Source: Sedimentisphaerales bacterium (GTDB lineage: Bacteria > Planctomycetota > Phycisphaerae > Sedimentisphaerales > Anaerobacaceae). Taken from it: a DNA stretch of 64,000 bases. Every line of letters starts with the position of its first letter. Positions within the stretch are counted from its first letter, which is position 1. Location: contig JAFGPS010000086.1 in NCBI GenBank assembly GCA_016936075.1, positions 3,822 through 67,821 of the forward strand. The letters are read 5' to 3'. The notes under the pieces are model-generated. The model searched no databases. It saw nothing but the letters and a program-made list of their open reading frames with translations, and was not told the DNA's origin. Positions 38,079-47,942 of the stretch are shown piece by piece. A program made the position numbers and the translations under genes.

Positions 38079-39680
38079 CTATTCTTTCTTCTCAGCTTTC
38101 CAGAGAACTCTTTCTGATTTAAATTTGTAACGTTCACGATCAAGTAAAAAATCGGGACAATATCCTTTAATATTCGATACAACATATATATTTCTTTTGG
38201 AGAACAACTCATCAATAGTGTGTTCATTGAATTGAGGTGCCCCTTCAGTTGTACCTATACTGGAAATAATTTTAATATCATCCTTCCTACTAAAATTAAA
38301 CAATTCCTGTACGAGCAGCAGAGGCGGAGCCGTAGTACTATCTGCATAAATTATTGCTGGTGACTCTACTGAAATTAAAGCCTGTAATGCAAATTGTTCT
38401 GCATCGTTAGAATTCATTCGATCCTTAACATCCATTTTCCATGGATGAAGAAAATACTCAGCATCATTTCGAAAAGGAATTCTTCTGCCGCTGCCGACTT
38501 TAAAATCCAGTCCTTCGGCGATTTCCGGTGCTTTTATATATACAGGAACAACAACAAGGCAAAATATAACAAACAAGACAGTATGAGATCCATTACTTTC
38601 CAGTAAATAGCTAAAAACTCCAATACCGATAAATATCGATAACATGCAATAGAAAGGAATAAAAAACGCATATCTATCCGGAACTGTATATCGAAATGCA
38701 AATATGTAATACAAAACTGTTAACGTAATTATAATAGTTGCAAACCACTTTTGAGGAGATACTTTATAAATATACCATACACCCACAAAGATAAATAATA
38801 TATTAGGAGTAGGAAAGTTCAGTATCAAATATAAAAAATTGTCTTTCATTAAGGGCAATGTAATCGAAGTATTCAGTACTGCACTTTCCCATTTATTACC
38901 GAACATCGCAGAGGCAAAAGTACCGGCAATATCATGCGTTGCAATAATATTTTTCACAATCAGGTATTCATAAGGAATCGCTCCAATCATCCATAACAAT
39001 GCCATTACGAAGATATGCCGGACTTTTAATTGTTTTTTCACAACTAAAGTAATTACAAAAACAAAATAGCAGGTTAAAGCAATAGAAGCCATCATATGGT
39101 TAGCGATAGAAAGCCCATTTATAAATGCAAGTAAATATAAATACTTCTTCTTTGAAGTTCTTGCATATTGCAATAGCATTACAAGTTCCAGCAATAATAA
39201 GGCGATTACCAATCCATATGTTTCAGGCATAGTCGAATGCAGCCAGAATGTATGTGACAACGCCAGCGTCGCGGCTCCGAGCAGTGCGGGGTAATTTTCA
39301 CCCAGCCACAACCTCAATAGTAAAAAGAAATTCGCAATTGCAAATGCGGAAATAATTGCATTAGCGCAATTTATTCGATACGCAAATGCGTCTATTTTTA
39401 TATACTTGAATGGTATCACAATAAGATAATAAAGCGGATGTGAAAGTGCCAGTCCGAGTTTCCCCTCTATGTCATTGTGTAATACCCTGTATTGAATAAG
39501 GCCTGAATCCTGCCATAACACCCCCGGAGCGCAGGTCAAAATATATAAAGCCGCTGCTGCAAATAAAACTAAAATATATCCTTGTACTGGAAACGATGTT
39601 TTAAGAATATATATCTGAGAATCACGCTTATTCGCTGGTATTTCCAAACTTTTTACTCTAATTCCTAAATTCATTTTCAA
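38079..39680 (-). CDS. Polytopic GT-C-type glycosyltransferase-like membrane protein (DUF2723 / PMT-TMEM260-like)
   Basis: It has more than 10 TM helices. The first loop (GVLWQDSGL ... LALSHPLYYL) resembles the DUF2723 DsgE / HPPGYPL blocks. A C-terminal soluble domain is present. Confidence 0.55.
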   Translation of the reverse strand: MKMNLGIRVKSLEIPANKRDSQIYILKTSFPVQGYILVLFAAAALYILTCAPGVLWQDSGLIQYRVLHNDIEGKLGLALSHPLYYLIVIPFKYIKIDAFAYRINCANAIISAFAIANFFLLLRLWLGENYPALLGAATLALSHTFWLHSTMPETYGLVIALLLLELVMLLQYARTSKKKYLYLLAFINGLSIANHMMASIALTCYFVFVITLVVKKQLKVRHIFVMALLWMIGAIPYEYLIVKNIIATHDIAGTFASAMFGNKWESAVLNTSITLPLMKDNFLYLILNFPTPNILFIFVGVWYIYKVSPQKWFATIIITLTVLYYIFAFRYTVPDRYAFFIPFYCMLSIFIGIGVFSYLLESNGSHTVLFVIFCLVVVPVYIKAPEIAEGLDFKVGSGRRIPFRNDAEYFLHPWKMDVKDRMNSNDAEQFALQALISVESPAIIYADSTTAPPLLLVQELFNFSRKDDIKIISSIGTTEGAPQFNEHTIDELFSKRNIYVVSNIKGYCPDFLLDRERYKFKSERVLWKAEKKE

Positions 39681-39699
39681 ATTTTCATAAAAGCTTTAT

Positions 39700-40647
39700 T
39701 TACAATTTTACTGTTAAATACTCCGTATTATCAGCAAAACAAATTGCACCCTCATAAGCAGCAGGTATCAAAAGGCAATCACCTGCTTTGAACTCGACTG
39801 CGTCTACTTCTTGTGCGGTAATAGTACCATATCCTGACAATACTATTATTATTTTCATTTCGCCGGAAGATAAAAGCACTTCACAATTTTTCGCCTGATG
39901 CCCCTTATCTACTGTGAAATATTCACAATCTACAAGACGTCCGATGGTTGTAACACCAGGTTCATTCTCAGATATATCAAAATGGATACTTTCCATTGAT
40001 TGTTCCATATGCAATTGCCGTGAATTACCATTTTCATCGATCCTGTTCCAATCGAAAATCCTGTACGTAGTATCAGATGGAAGTTGAATCTCCGCAATTA
40101 ACAAACCCGGTCCTATCGCATGAGGTGTTCCGGCGGGCAGGAAATGGCACTGACCGGCTTCTACAGAAACCTTTGTCAAAAATTCAGCTACGCTGCCATT
40201 GGCTATCGCTTCTTCGAACTGAGACTTAGTGACATCTTTTTTCAATCCCTTGTAGATATAAGAATCAGGTTCGGCGTAAATAATATACCAGCATTCTGTT
40301 TTGGGCTCGCCTTCACCTAATCTCTTACATGCCTGTTCATCCGGATGGACCTGTAAACTAAGAACATCCTGAGCATCCAACAATTTTATAAGTAATGGAA
40401 AAGGTCCGGGATATCTCCCCGGGCCTATGATTTCATTTGTATATTCTTTGATAACTTCAGCAAGAGTTTTACCTGCGAGTTCACCATTTGCAATAACGGT
40501 TTTATCGTTGGGCAAATCAGCTAATTCCCAGCTTTCACCGATTTTCTGTCCTTCAGGTAAATCCTTCCCGAATATATAACGCAACTTCTGGCCACCCCAG
40601 ATTCGCTGCTTATAAATTGGTTCAAATTTTAATGGATATAATCTCAT
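39700..40647 (-). CDS. manA: Class I mannose-6-phosphate isomerase
   Basis: LKFEPIYKQRIWGG, the LSLQVHPD zinc-ligand motif and AGTPHAIGPG. At 315 aa it matches Bacillus-type ManA in length. Confidence 0.8.
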   Translation of the reverse strand: MRLYPLKFEPIYKQRIWGGQKLRYIFGKDLPEGQKIGESWELADLPNDKTVIANGELAGKTLAEVIKEYTNEIIGPGRYPGPFPLLIKLLDAQDVLSLQVHPDEQACKRLGEGEPKTECWYIIYAEPDSYIYKGLKKDVTKSQFEEAIANGSVAEFLTKVSVEAGQCHFLPAGTPHAIGPGLLIAEIQLPSDTTYRIFDWNRIDENGNSRQLHMEQSMESIHFDISENEPGVTTIGRLVDCEYFTVDKGHQAKNCEVLLSSGEMKIIIVLSGYGTITAQEVDAVEFKAGDCLLIPAAYEGAICFADNTEYLTVKL

Positions 40648-40699
40648 GCCGAATTTTCTATATCAATTTTATACTCTGTCCACAATCCTAACTTTTATG

Positions 40700-40727
40700 A
40701 TTATACAAACAGGCTATACCTTTACAA
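40700..40727 (-). promoter_or_regulatory. Sigma70-type promoter candidate for the manA operon
   Basis: The minus strand reads TTGTAA (40727-40722), a 16-nt spacer, then TATAAT (40705-40700), about 50 nt upstream of the manA ATG. Confidence 0.3.
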
Positions 40728-40785
40728 TATATTTATTTCGGCATAATTTTAATTTTTCATTCAATAATTATGATAATAGAGGACT

Positions 40786-43530
40786 TTACTTTGCCTCAAC
40801 TGTACATTTTGCCAAAGTTAAACCTTCTGATTCAGCGGTAACAGTAATAGTACCCTTCTGGCCGCGTTTTGCTTTTACTATTACAAGAGCAAGACTATTG
40901 AAGGCTTTACGCTCATGCGAAGGAAAAACGGTCATATCAGTTGGGTCACCATTATCTGTCGTGACAATTTCTCCCGGGCCGCTTACAGAGAATTTAATCA
41001 GGTTATCTGCACGCGGTGCCGTTATGCCTTCACTATCCTGAACTGTAAGAGTGACGAAAGATAAATCAGAGCCGTCACAATCAATAACCGCTCTATCAGG
41101 TTCGAGAGATAATTTCGCTGCGTCACCAGCAGTACGCATAATATCAGTCGCCCATTTTTTGCCGTCTTTATAAGCAACGACTTTCAATTCTCCCGGCTCA
41201 TAAACTACATCGTCCCAACGGATGCGATAAGCAGGCTTGCCATCCATCGACTGAACCTGGCTATCGAATATTTTCTTCTTACGTCCAAGGGATTTACCAT
41301 TGAGGAACAATTCCGCTTCGTCACCTGAAGTATAAACATGTACAGGAGTCACTTCACCAACTCTATCTGGCCATGTCCAGTGCGGCAGGATATGTGCCAT
41401 TGGATAATCCGGACGCCAATATGCCTGATAAATATAAAAACGATCCTTCTTGAAGCCTGCAAGGTCAATAATGCCGAAGTAAGAACTTCTTGAAGAATCA
41501 AATGGAGTCGGCTCACCGATATAATCAAATCCGGTCCAGACAAATTCGCCGCCAACAAATTCAAAGCTATCTTGTGCAAGAAATTCCTTGTCGGGAATAC
41601 AACCCCACCGGACTGCATACAAATCATAGGAACACACATATTTATTTATCGTGTCCTGACCAGCATTTGCGTTAGTCGATGTACCGAGCGGCGAAGCAAC
41701 TACAGGAAAAGTATAAACTCCTCTTGTACTCAATGCAGACGCGGTTTCCGAACCTAATACCAATTTATCCGGCAACTGGTTATGAAATACTGGATATTGA
41801 GGATTGTTACCGAAATTACCCGAACCCTGATAGTTCAGACCAACCAAATCAATAGTTGCGGTAAAAGGACTGCCCGCCCGGGCACTATTCATTCCATTTA
41901 TCGTCGGTCGAGTCGGGTCTTCTTCGTGACATATTCCATTTAATTCCTTTGCGATAGCAATAGCCGCTTCATTTCCAGACTGCTCACCAACTTCGTTGCC
42001 AAAGCTCCACATTATAACTGACGGATGATTTCTGTCACGCCGAAGCATTGCTCGCAAATCCTGTTCGTGCCATTGCGGAAAAACAAGATGATAATCATTT
42101 GTTGTTTTTTGACGTTCCCAAACATCGAAAGCTTCATCCATAATCAGGAAACCCATCTTATCCGCAAGCTCGAGCAGCTCCGGGGCCGGGGGATTGTGAC
42201 TTGTACGAATAGCATTGCAACCCATTTCAGCTAAGATTTCCAACTGCCTCTGTAAAGCACGATAATTAACTGCTGAACCAAGCGCACCCAAATCATGGTG
42301 ATTGCATACGCCATTGAGTTTAACGTGTTCGCCATTCAAAAAGAATCCCTTATCCGGATCGAACTTAAGCGTACGAATACCAAATATTGTCTCATATGTA
42401 TCAACTACTTTTCCATCCTGCTCAATTGTTGTCACTGCTACATAACGGTTAGGTTTGTGATATAGACCTGTTCCCCATAATTTCGGATTTTTAACTGTTC
42501 CTTTTGTACCAGCAGTTGCCTTTTTGCCTGATTCTATCATCAATTCGACTGGAGCAATTGAAGCAACCGCCCCGCCAACTTTTTTATCTTGTGAGTTAAT
42601 CTTAAAAATCTGTGTTGATAAAGTTACTTTTGCATCAGATTTCGAATCGTTTGAAACTGTTACATCTAAAGATACTTTTGCTGATTCTTCTGTAATTTCC
42701 GGTGTGGTAATATATGTCCCCCACTGGCCGACATGAACAGGCGAAGTTTTTGTTAACCATACATTACGATAGATACCTGCACCTGGATACCAGCGAGACG
42801 AGCCTGGTGGATTATTAAGACGAATCGCAAGAATGTTATCATCGCCATAATTGAGATATGGAGTCAAATCAACCTGCCATGAAGCATAACCAAAAGGCCA
42901 GCCTCCAACAATTTGACCATTGCACCAGACGGTCGTATATGACATGGAACCATCTACTTCGAGACAAATCTGCTTACCTTCATCCTCAGATGGAACTGTA
43001 AAGTTTTTGCGATACCATGCAATTCCGGCAATTGGTAAACGCCCCATTCCCCCACTACCTGTTGTACTAAATGGCCCTTCGATAGCAAAATCATGCGGCA
43101 AATCCAATTTAGTCCATTCACTATCGTCAAAAATCGAACTAACGTATGCAACATTGCCGCCATAGTTCGCTTCCGGTCTTTCATAACGCTTTTCAGGATC
43201 GGAGATAAAATCATTACTCGTTGGAAGTATAAATGCAGCGATTCCTGATGTCGGATCTACCGGCTCAGCTTGTGCTGCTCCACCGCGACCACCTCGTCCA
43301 CCGAAACCGCCTCGACCGCGACTACGATTAACAGGATAATCAAGACTCTCTGTAATTTCAGATGAAGGATCGCCCATGTTAAAACTCCAATCATTATTGA
43401 TTGAGATACGCTCGCGTGGTGATTTAGCAATAGAATTGTTGCACCCGCTTTGAAATAATATTAATGCTATACTTACAACAAGAAGCACCTGGAACTTCGT
43501 AATTCGCATTGTTTGTCTCATTTGACACAT
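40786..43530 (-). CDS. Glycoside hydrolase family 2 (beta-galactosidase-like), lipoprotein-type signal
   Basis: GH2 blocks are NAIRTSHNPPAPELLELADKMGFLIMDE and RNHPSVIMWSFGNEV. The N-terminal lipobox-like sequence is ILFQSGC. The start is ambiguous among three ATGs (43530, 43521, 43509). Confidence 0.85.
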   Translation of the reverse strand: MCQMRQTMRITKFQVLLVVSIALILFQSGCNNSIAKSPRERISINNDWSFNMGDPSSEITESLDYPVNRSRGRGGFGGRGGRGGAAQAEPVDPTSGIAAFILPTSNDFISDPEKRYERPEANYGGNVAYVSSIFDDSEWTKLDLPHDFAIEGPFSTTGSGGMGRLPIAGIAWYRKNFTVPSEDEGKQICLEVDGSMSYTTVWCNGQIVGGWPFGYASWQVDLTPYLNYGDDNILAIRLNNPPGSSRWYPGAGIYRNVWLTKTSPVHVGQWGTYITTPEITEESAKVSLDVTVSNDSKSDAKVTLSTQIFKINSQDKKVGGAVASIAPVELMIESGKKATAGTKGTVKNPKLWGTGLYHKPNRYVAVTTIEQDGKVVDTYETIFGIRTLKFDPDKGFFLNGEHVKLNGVCNHHDLGALGSAVNYRALQRQLEILAEMGCNAIRTSHNPPAPELLELADKMGFLIMDEAFDVWERQKTTNDYHLVFPQWHEQDLRAMLRRDRNHPSVIMWSFGNEVGEQSGNEAAIAIAKELNGICHEEDPTRPTINGMNSARAGSPFTATIDLVGLNYQGSGNFGNNPQYPVFHNQLPDKLVLGSETASALSTRGVYTFPVVASPLGTSTNANAGQDTINKYVCSYDLYAVRWGCIPDKEFLAQDSFEFVGGEFVWTGFDYIGEPTPFDSSRSSYFGIIDLAGFKKDRFYIYQAYWRPDYPMAHILPHWTWPDRVGEVTPVHVYTSGDEAELFLNGKSLGRKKKIFDSQVQSMDGKPAYRIRWDDVVYEPGELKVVAYKDGKKWATDIMRTAGDAAKLSLEPDRAVIDCDGSDLSFVTLTVQDSEGITAPRADNLIKFSVSGPGEIVTTDNGDPTDMTVFPSHERKAFNSLALVIVKAKRGQKGTITVTAESEGLTLAKCTVEAK

Positions 43531-43597
43531 CCTTTACAAATAAATTGAAATATTTTCTGTATTGCAGTTATTTAGAAATACCAGGATTTATATTGGC

Positions 43598-44380
43598 TTA
43601 TTTAATTGGTTCTTCGCCTAACAATTGAGCTACAGTAGGTTCTATTGCTTCAGCCCAAATCTGGTACCCTTTTTGTCCCGGATGCAGATAGTCGGACATA
43701 ATGTCACGAGTCAATTCTTCATCTTCAGTTAGAAACTTTTCGTTTATATCGAGATAATGAATCATTTTGCCATCCGCAACTTTAGAAGCGAGCAGACTTG
43801 CTGTTGCATTTTTCTCTCGCTGAGCCGATGGTCCGGGATTACGCGGGAAAATTGCGAGCAAGAGAATTTTGGTTTCAGGAAGTTTTGTTCTGAGCCGCTT
43901 ACAAATCGCGATTATTCCATCTGCGATTTCTTCTGCGGTATTATCCTGACCATTGGAATTATTTGTACCAATCATTATTATAGCAAGCTTGGGATTAACT
44001 TTACTGAAATCACAATTATCGAGTCGCCAGAGAACATGCTGCGTACGGTCGCCGCTGAAACCCATATTAACCGCATTTCGCGGTGCATAATATTTGTTCC
44101 ATACTTTTTTACCAGGATTATCAAAATTATGAGTAATCGAATCGCCAATATACAGCAAATCTACATTACCTTCTTCGAGCCTGGCTTTTACGGCTTCATG
44201 GCGCGGCATCCACCATCTGTCATCGCGAGAAACCGGAGTAACCGCAGAGTGGATTTTACCTTCGATAGATTGAAAAGCGAGTTCCTGTTGAGTTGGCTGG
44301 CTCGAACATCCAAAAAAAATGGAACTGATTAGCATTGTGATGATAAATGATGATATTCTTTTACTCATTTGCGACTCCAT
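43598..44380 (-). CDS. SGNH/GDSL hydrolase (acetylesterase-like) lipoprotein
   Basis: Lipobox SIFFGC. The SGNH blocks are LYIGDSIT, GFSGD, MIGTNN and DYLHP. The start is moved to the internal ATG at 44380. Confidence 0.75.
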   Translation of the reverse strand: MESQMSKRISSFIITMLISSIFFGCSSQPTQQELAFQSIEGKIHSAVTPVSRDDRWWMPRHEAVKARLEEGNVDLLYIGDSITHNFDNPGKKVWNKYYAPRNAVNMGFSGDRTQHVLWRLDNCDFSKVNPKLAIIMIGTNNSNGQDNTAEEIADGIIAICKRLRTKLPETKILLLAIFPRNPGPSAQREKNATASLLASKVADGKMIHYLDINEKFLTEDEELTRDIMSDYLHPGQKGYQIWAEAIEPTVAQLLGEEPIK

Positions 44381-44620
44381 TTTAAATCTTCCCAATTTAC
44401 TCTCGTATTCCATTAACTTTCGATTACTATAAACAGTAAACGAATTGGCCCTAATTATATAACAATAAAATAATGACGAAAACATCTTTTTTGATTAATC
44501 CCCTTACTTATGCGTATATCCTTATGATATAAATGGTTTTGAAGTTTTTCATTGCCCGTTTATGCGATTTACTTTAGACTTTCCGCCAAGAAAATGCTTT
44601 AGATTAAGGAATAATAGTAA

Positions 44621-45289
44621 ATGAAAAAAGTTTTAAAAGTTGATAAAAAAGAAGCGGCAGGACGAATAAAGAAATTCTTACCGATTTTAAATAAAACGTA
44701 TCCAGACGCAAAAATCGCATTGAATTTTAAGAATCCGCTGGAATTATTAATCGCAACAATCCTATCAGCACAATGCACTGATGTCCGGGTTAATATTGTT
44801 ACGAAGGCCCTTTTCCAAAAATACAAATCAATAAAAGACTGGATAAAAACAGATATTAGCGAAATCGAAACTGATATAAAGAGTACCGGCTTTTATCGAA
44901 ATAAAGCGAAAAACATCAAAAATGCATGTATTGCAATCGACGAGAAATTCGGCGGAAAAGTACCAAATACAATGGAGGAACTTGTCACACTTCCCGGCGT
45001 AGGTAGAAAAACCGCCAATTGCGTGCTCGGAGACGCATTTGGTATCCCGGGAATAACCTGCGATACACATGTTATAAGACTAAGCAGGAGATTGGGCCTG
45101 TCCGATAACAGCGACCCGGTAAAGTTAGAATTCGATTTAGCCGAAATAGTATCTAATAAGGATTGGACATTGTTCAGCCATTTGATTATTACTCATGGCA
45201 GAAATGTATGTAATGCACGTAAGCCCAAATGTCAGGATTGCGAAATCGCGAAGTATTGTCCTTCAGCGAATAATCCGGAACTTTGGTAA
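44621..45289 (+). CDS. nth: Endonuclease III (DNA glycosylase/AP lyase)
   Basis: The HhH-GPD block is LPGVGRKTANCVL, catalytic D/K are in context, and the C-terminal 4Fe-4S cluster is CNARKPKCQDCEIAKYC. Confidence 0.9.
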   Translation: MKKVLKVDKKEAAGRIKKFLPILNKTYPDAKIALNFKNPLELLIATILSAQCTDVRVNIVTKALFQKYKSIKDWIKTDISEIETDIKSTGFYRNKAKNIKNACIAIDEKFGGKVPNTMEELVTLPGVGRKTANCVLGDAFGIPGITCDTHVIRLSRRLGLSDNSDPVKLEFDLAEIVSNKDWTLFSHLIITHGRNVCNARKPKCQDCEIAKYCPSANNPELW

Positions 45290-45350
45290 TATTATTCTAA
45301 ATGCGGCGTTCGGCGTATCGCTGTAATTGAAACGAAAGGATTATTTTTTT

Positions 45351-46040
45351 ATGATAGAATTCACAAGCAGTCCGGTACAGGATATATGGCGCATTTTTAG
45401 AGTAATGGCGGAATTTACAGAAGGTTTCGAGGAACTCTCTTCAGTCGGAGAAGCAGTTTCACTCTTCGGCTCAGCTCGAACAAAACCTGAAGACAAGTAT
45501 TACAAACTCGCAGAGAAAACAGCAGCAGAACTTGTCAAAGCTGGTTTCGGTGTAATAACAGGCGGCGGAGGCGGAATCATGGAAGCCGCAAATAAAGGCG
45601 CAGCAGAAGCAGGCGGCCAGAGCATAGGTTTGAATATTGACCTTCCAATGGAACAGGTACCAAATGAATTCCAGAGTCTCTCTCTGCATTTTAGATACTT
45701 TTTCATTCGCAAGGTAATGTTCCTTAAATACGCTCATGGCTTTATCGTATTTCCGGGCGGTTACGGGACAATGGATGAATTTTTCGAATCACTTGTATTG
45801 ATTCAGACTTTTAAACAGGCTACATTTCCTGTAGTTTTAATGTGTAGTGACTATTGGGACGGCCTTATAAAGTGGATTAAAGAAACAATGCTCAATAAGC
45901 ATGGATATATTTCACCTGAAGATTTGGATGTCTTTACTTTAGAAGACGATCCGGCAAAAGCAGTGAAAATTATCACAGACTTCAGGGACTCACAGGGAAA
46001 AATCGGATTGCATGAACCAGAAGGTATGAAGAAAACATAA
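45351..46040 (+). CDS. LOG-family (TIGR00730) nucleotide phosphoribohydrolase
   Basis: VSLFGSAR, ITGGGGGIMEAANKGA and PGGYGTMDE motifs. The ATG at 45351 follows AAAGGA; the track start is a TTG. Confidence 0.8.
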   Translation: MIEFTSSPVQDIWRIFRVMAEFTEGFEELSSVGEAVSLFGSARTKPEDKYYKLAEKTAAELVKAGFGVITGGGGGIMEAANKGAAEAGGQSIGLNIDLPMEQVPNEFQSLSLHFRYFFIRKVMFLKYAHGFIVFPGGYGTMDEFFESLVLIQTFKQATFPVVLMCSDYWDGLIKWIKETMLNKHGYISPEDLDVFTLEDDPAKAVKIITDFRDSQGKIGLHEPEGMKKT

Positions 46041-46060
46041 ATATTTATTAGAGTTAAAAG

Positions 46061-46834
46061 TTATTTTGTTTTGACCAAATCGAGCCCAAGTGATGTAAGT
46101 TGAATTAAATTTTCTTTCCTCTCAATGAACTTGAGCCTGAATAAAATATTTAAAATAGGCCGCTCCACTTCACTGTCCCGCGCAAAGAATGTTTTCTCCT
46201 GGCTAATTTTTTGGATATACATAGCACATACTCTAATCGTTTCTTTATTAGGCGGCGACCATAGCCATGAATTGCTGAATATTTCTCCATAAGCTCTGAA
46301 AATAAAACCGGAAATCAATAATACAAATGAGTTAAAAACATCTCTCATACTACTGTCTTCATCATACTGTTCATATGCGTAAAGAGGCAAATCAAAATAT
46401 ATCCGCCCGAGTAATCCCAAGATAGAAAATCCAAGTATCGCATAAATGATTCCAAAAAACACAGGAGCTGTCAGAGGTAATTTAATTCCATAAGTTAAAA
46501 AAAGCAGGAAAAAATATATCACAATTGAGACTACCGAGGTCTTATCAAATTGACTTTTAGCATCCGGCATAAATGTATGTCTTAAAATTATAAGTATCAT
46601 CAATGCCAAATAACAATTAAGAAAGGTATAGATATCAATCAATGTCGCTTCCCTTTCCATACTCATATCATGTACAATAACAATGAATATCAGCAAAGTA
46701 ATAAAACTTAAAACAACCAATATACAAGGCATAGCAATAATCGTCACTATCGAATAGCTTATCGCTTCTTTGCGTTTCTTTTCAAGGAGATCAGAAAGCC
46801 GCTGTTCAATCTGATTTATATCATGGATTGGCAT
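46061..46834 (-). CDS. Hypothetical polytopic membrane protein with a possible C-terminal winged-helix-like tail
   Basis: About 6 hydrophobic helices. The C-terminus is ILNILFRLKFIERKENLIQLTSLGLDLV. No family recognised. Confidence 0.45.
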   Translation of the reverse strand: MPIHDINQIEQRLSDLLEKKRKEAISYSIVTIIAMPCILVVLSFITLLIFIVIVHDMSMEREATLIDIYTFLNCYLALMILIILRHTFMPDAKSQFDKTSVVSIVIYFFLLFLTYGIKLPLTAPVFFGIIYAILGFSILGLLGRIYFDLPLYAYEQYDEDSSMRDVFNSFVLLISGFIFRAYGEIFSNSWLWSPPNKETIRVCAMYIQKISQEKTFFARDSEVERPILNILFRLKFIERKENLIQLTSLGLDLVKTK

Positions 46835-46839
46835 TTATA

Positions 46840-47355
46840 TTATTCCTGTTTATTAAGATTTTTGTCATAAAGTTTCGATAGCTCTTCAAGTTCTCTTACC
46901 TCTTCGGCAGGAAACTTTCCTGAATCAACCGGATCACCAAACATCCTCTCAACTTTTTTTAAATTAAATCGCTCTGTAATTTTATTTTCATATCCGCACT
47001 TTTTGCATATAAATGTACTTATGATTTTACCCTGTCCAAATTCCATATTTCCCTTTTTATATTTTGTCTTACATCTCGGACAGCGGCTTTTCTTACGGTC
47101 TTTTAATTTAAGAATAAATAAAGCAAAAAGAGCCGGGATACCCATAAGAAATACTATTCCGGTTAGAATAGTCAAAAAAGGATGAGTTTCAAAAAAATGG
47201 TCTATTTGAGGATACTTGCTACTGAAAAATATACCAGACAACCAGACAGAAGCAATATAAAAAACAAATAATAGACACCATAGAGCCTCACTAAATGTCA
47301 TTTTATATTGTCTCGCATTATTCCAGTCATCAGCAAACTTTTCAAGAAAATTCAT
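46840..47355 (-). CDS. Hypothetical membrane protein with cytoplasmic zinc-ribbon
   Basis: Two TM helices are followed by CPRC...(17 aa)...CKKC. It lies 5 nt upstream of the next gene. Confidence 0.45.
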   Translation of the reverse strand: MNFLEKFADDWNNARQYKMTFSEALWCLLFVFYIASVWLSGIFFSSKYPQIDHFFETHPFLTILTGIVFLMGIPALFALFILKLKDRKKSRCPRCKTKYKKGNMEFGQGKIISTFICKKCGYENKITERFNLKKVERMFGDPVDSGKFPAEEVRELEELSKLYDKNLNKQE

Positions 47356-47376
47356 ATTGTATAAAACCTCCAGTCA

Positions 47377-47883
47377 CTAAGATATACCAATCTTAATTAT
47401 ACGTTTTGTATATCGTCTTGCAAGAAATAATGGAATAATCCCGAAGACTCCGAAAGAGCAGTCTATTAGTTGCCAGAAAAAAGGAACACCTCTTATTGGC
47501 CCGCATATAAAAGCAAGTGGAATAACCAGAACGCATGAAATCATACCAAAGGTAATTACCCAGATATTTCTAACCGGATCGATAAGCGGCCCGATGAACG
47601 CGATAGCAATTACAATATGACCAAAAGCAAGCCAGTCGGTTCCGTAAAACAGAAACGGATACTCTTTATCAGCGTGAATTATTCCGACATGAACTTTTGA
47701 TATCCATTGAGATAACGCAGGAAAATGCGATTCGATAAAAGTCCCCTGCCCAACGATTTCCTGTAATATATCCACCTCAGCCTTTAACGGAAAAGCCGTA
47801 ATCCCGCTCAATAACAATCCGAAAGTAAATAAAAACAACCAAACTCTCGTTCTTCGTTTCAGAATTTTTATATCAGAAGTCAT
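47377..47883 (-). CDS. Hypothetical 4-TM membrane protein
   Basis: 168-aa ORF with four hydrophobic segments. It lies 21 nt upstream of the next gene. Confidence 0.45.
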   Translation of the reverse strand: MTSDIKILKRRTRVWLFLFTFGLLLSGITAFPLKAEVDILQEIVGQGTFIESHFPALSQWISKVHVGIIHADKEYPFLFYGTDWLAFGHIVIAIAFIGPLIDPVRNIWVITFGMISCVLVIPLAFICGPIRGVPFFWQLIDCSFGVFGIIPLFLARRYTKRIIKIGIS

Positions 47884-47942
47884 ATTTTGTCGCCCCTTTT
47901 TCCATCATATATTTTTTGATTATGATATTTATATATATGAAT

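Noticed and set aside
40646-41041. 131-aa plus-strand ORF starting in the manA/GH2 intergenic region.
   Set aside because: Most of it runs antisense to the well-supported GH2 C-terminus. It has no SD and a hydrophobic low-complexity composition.
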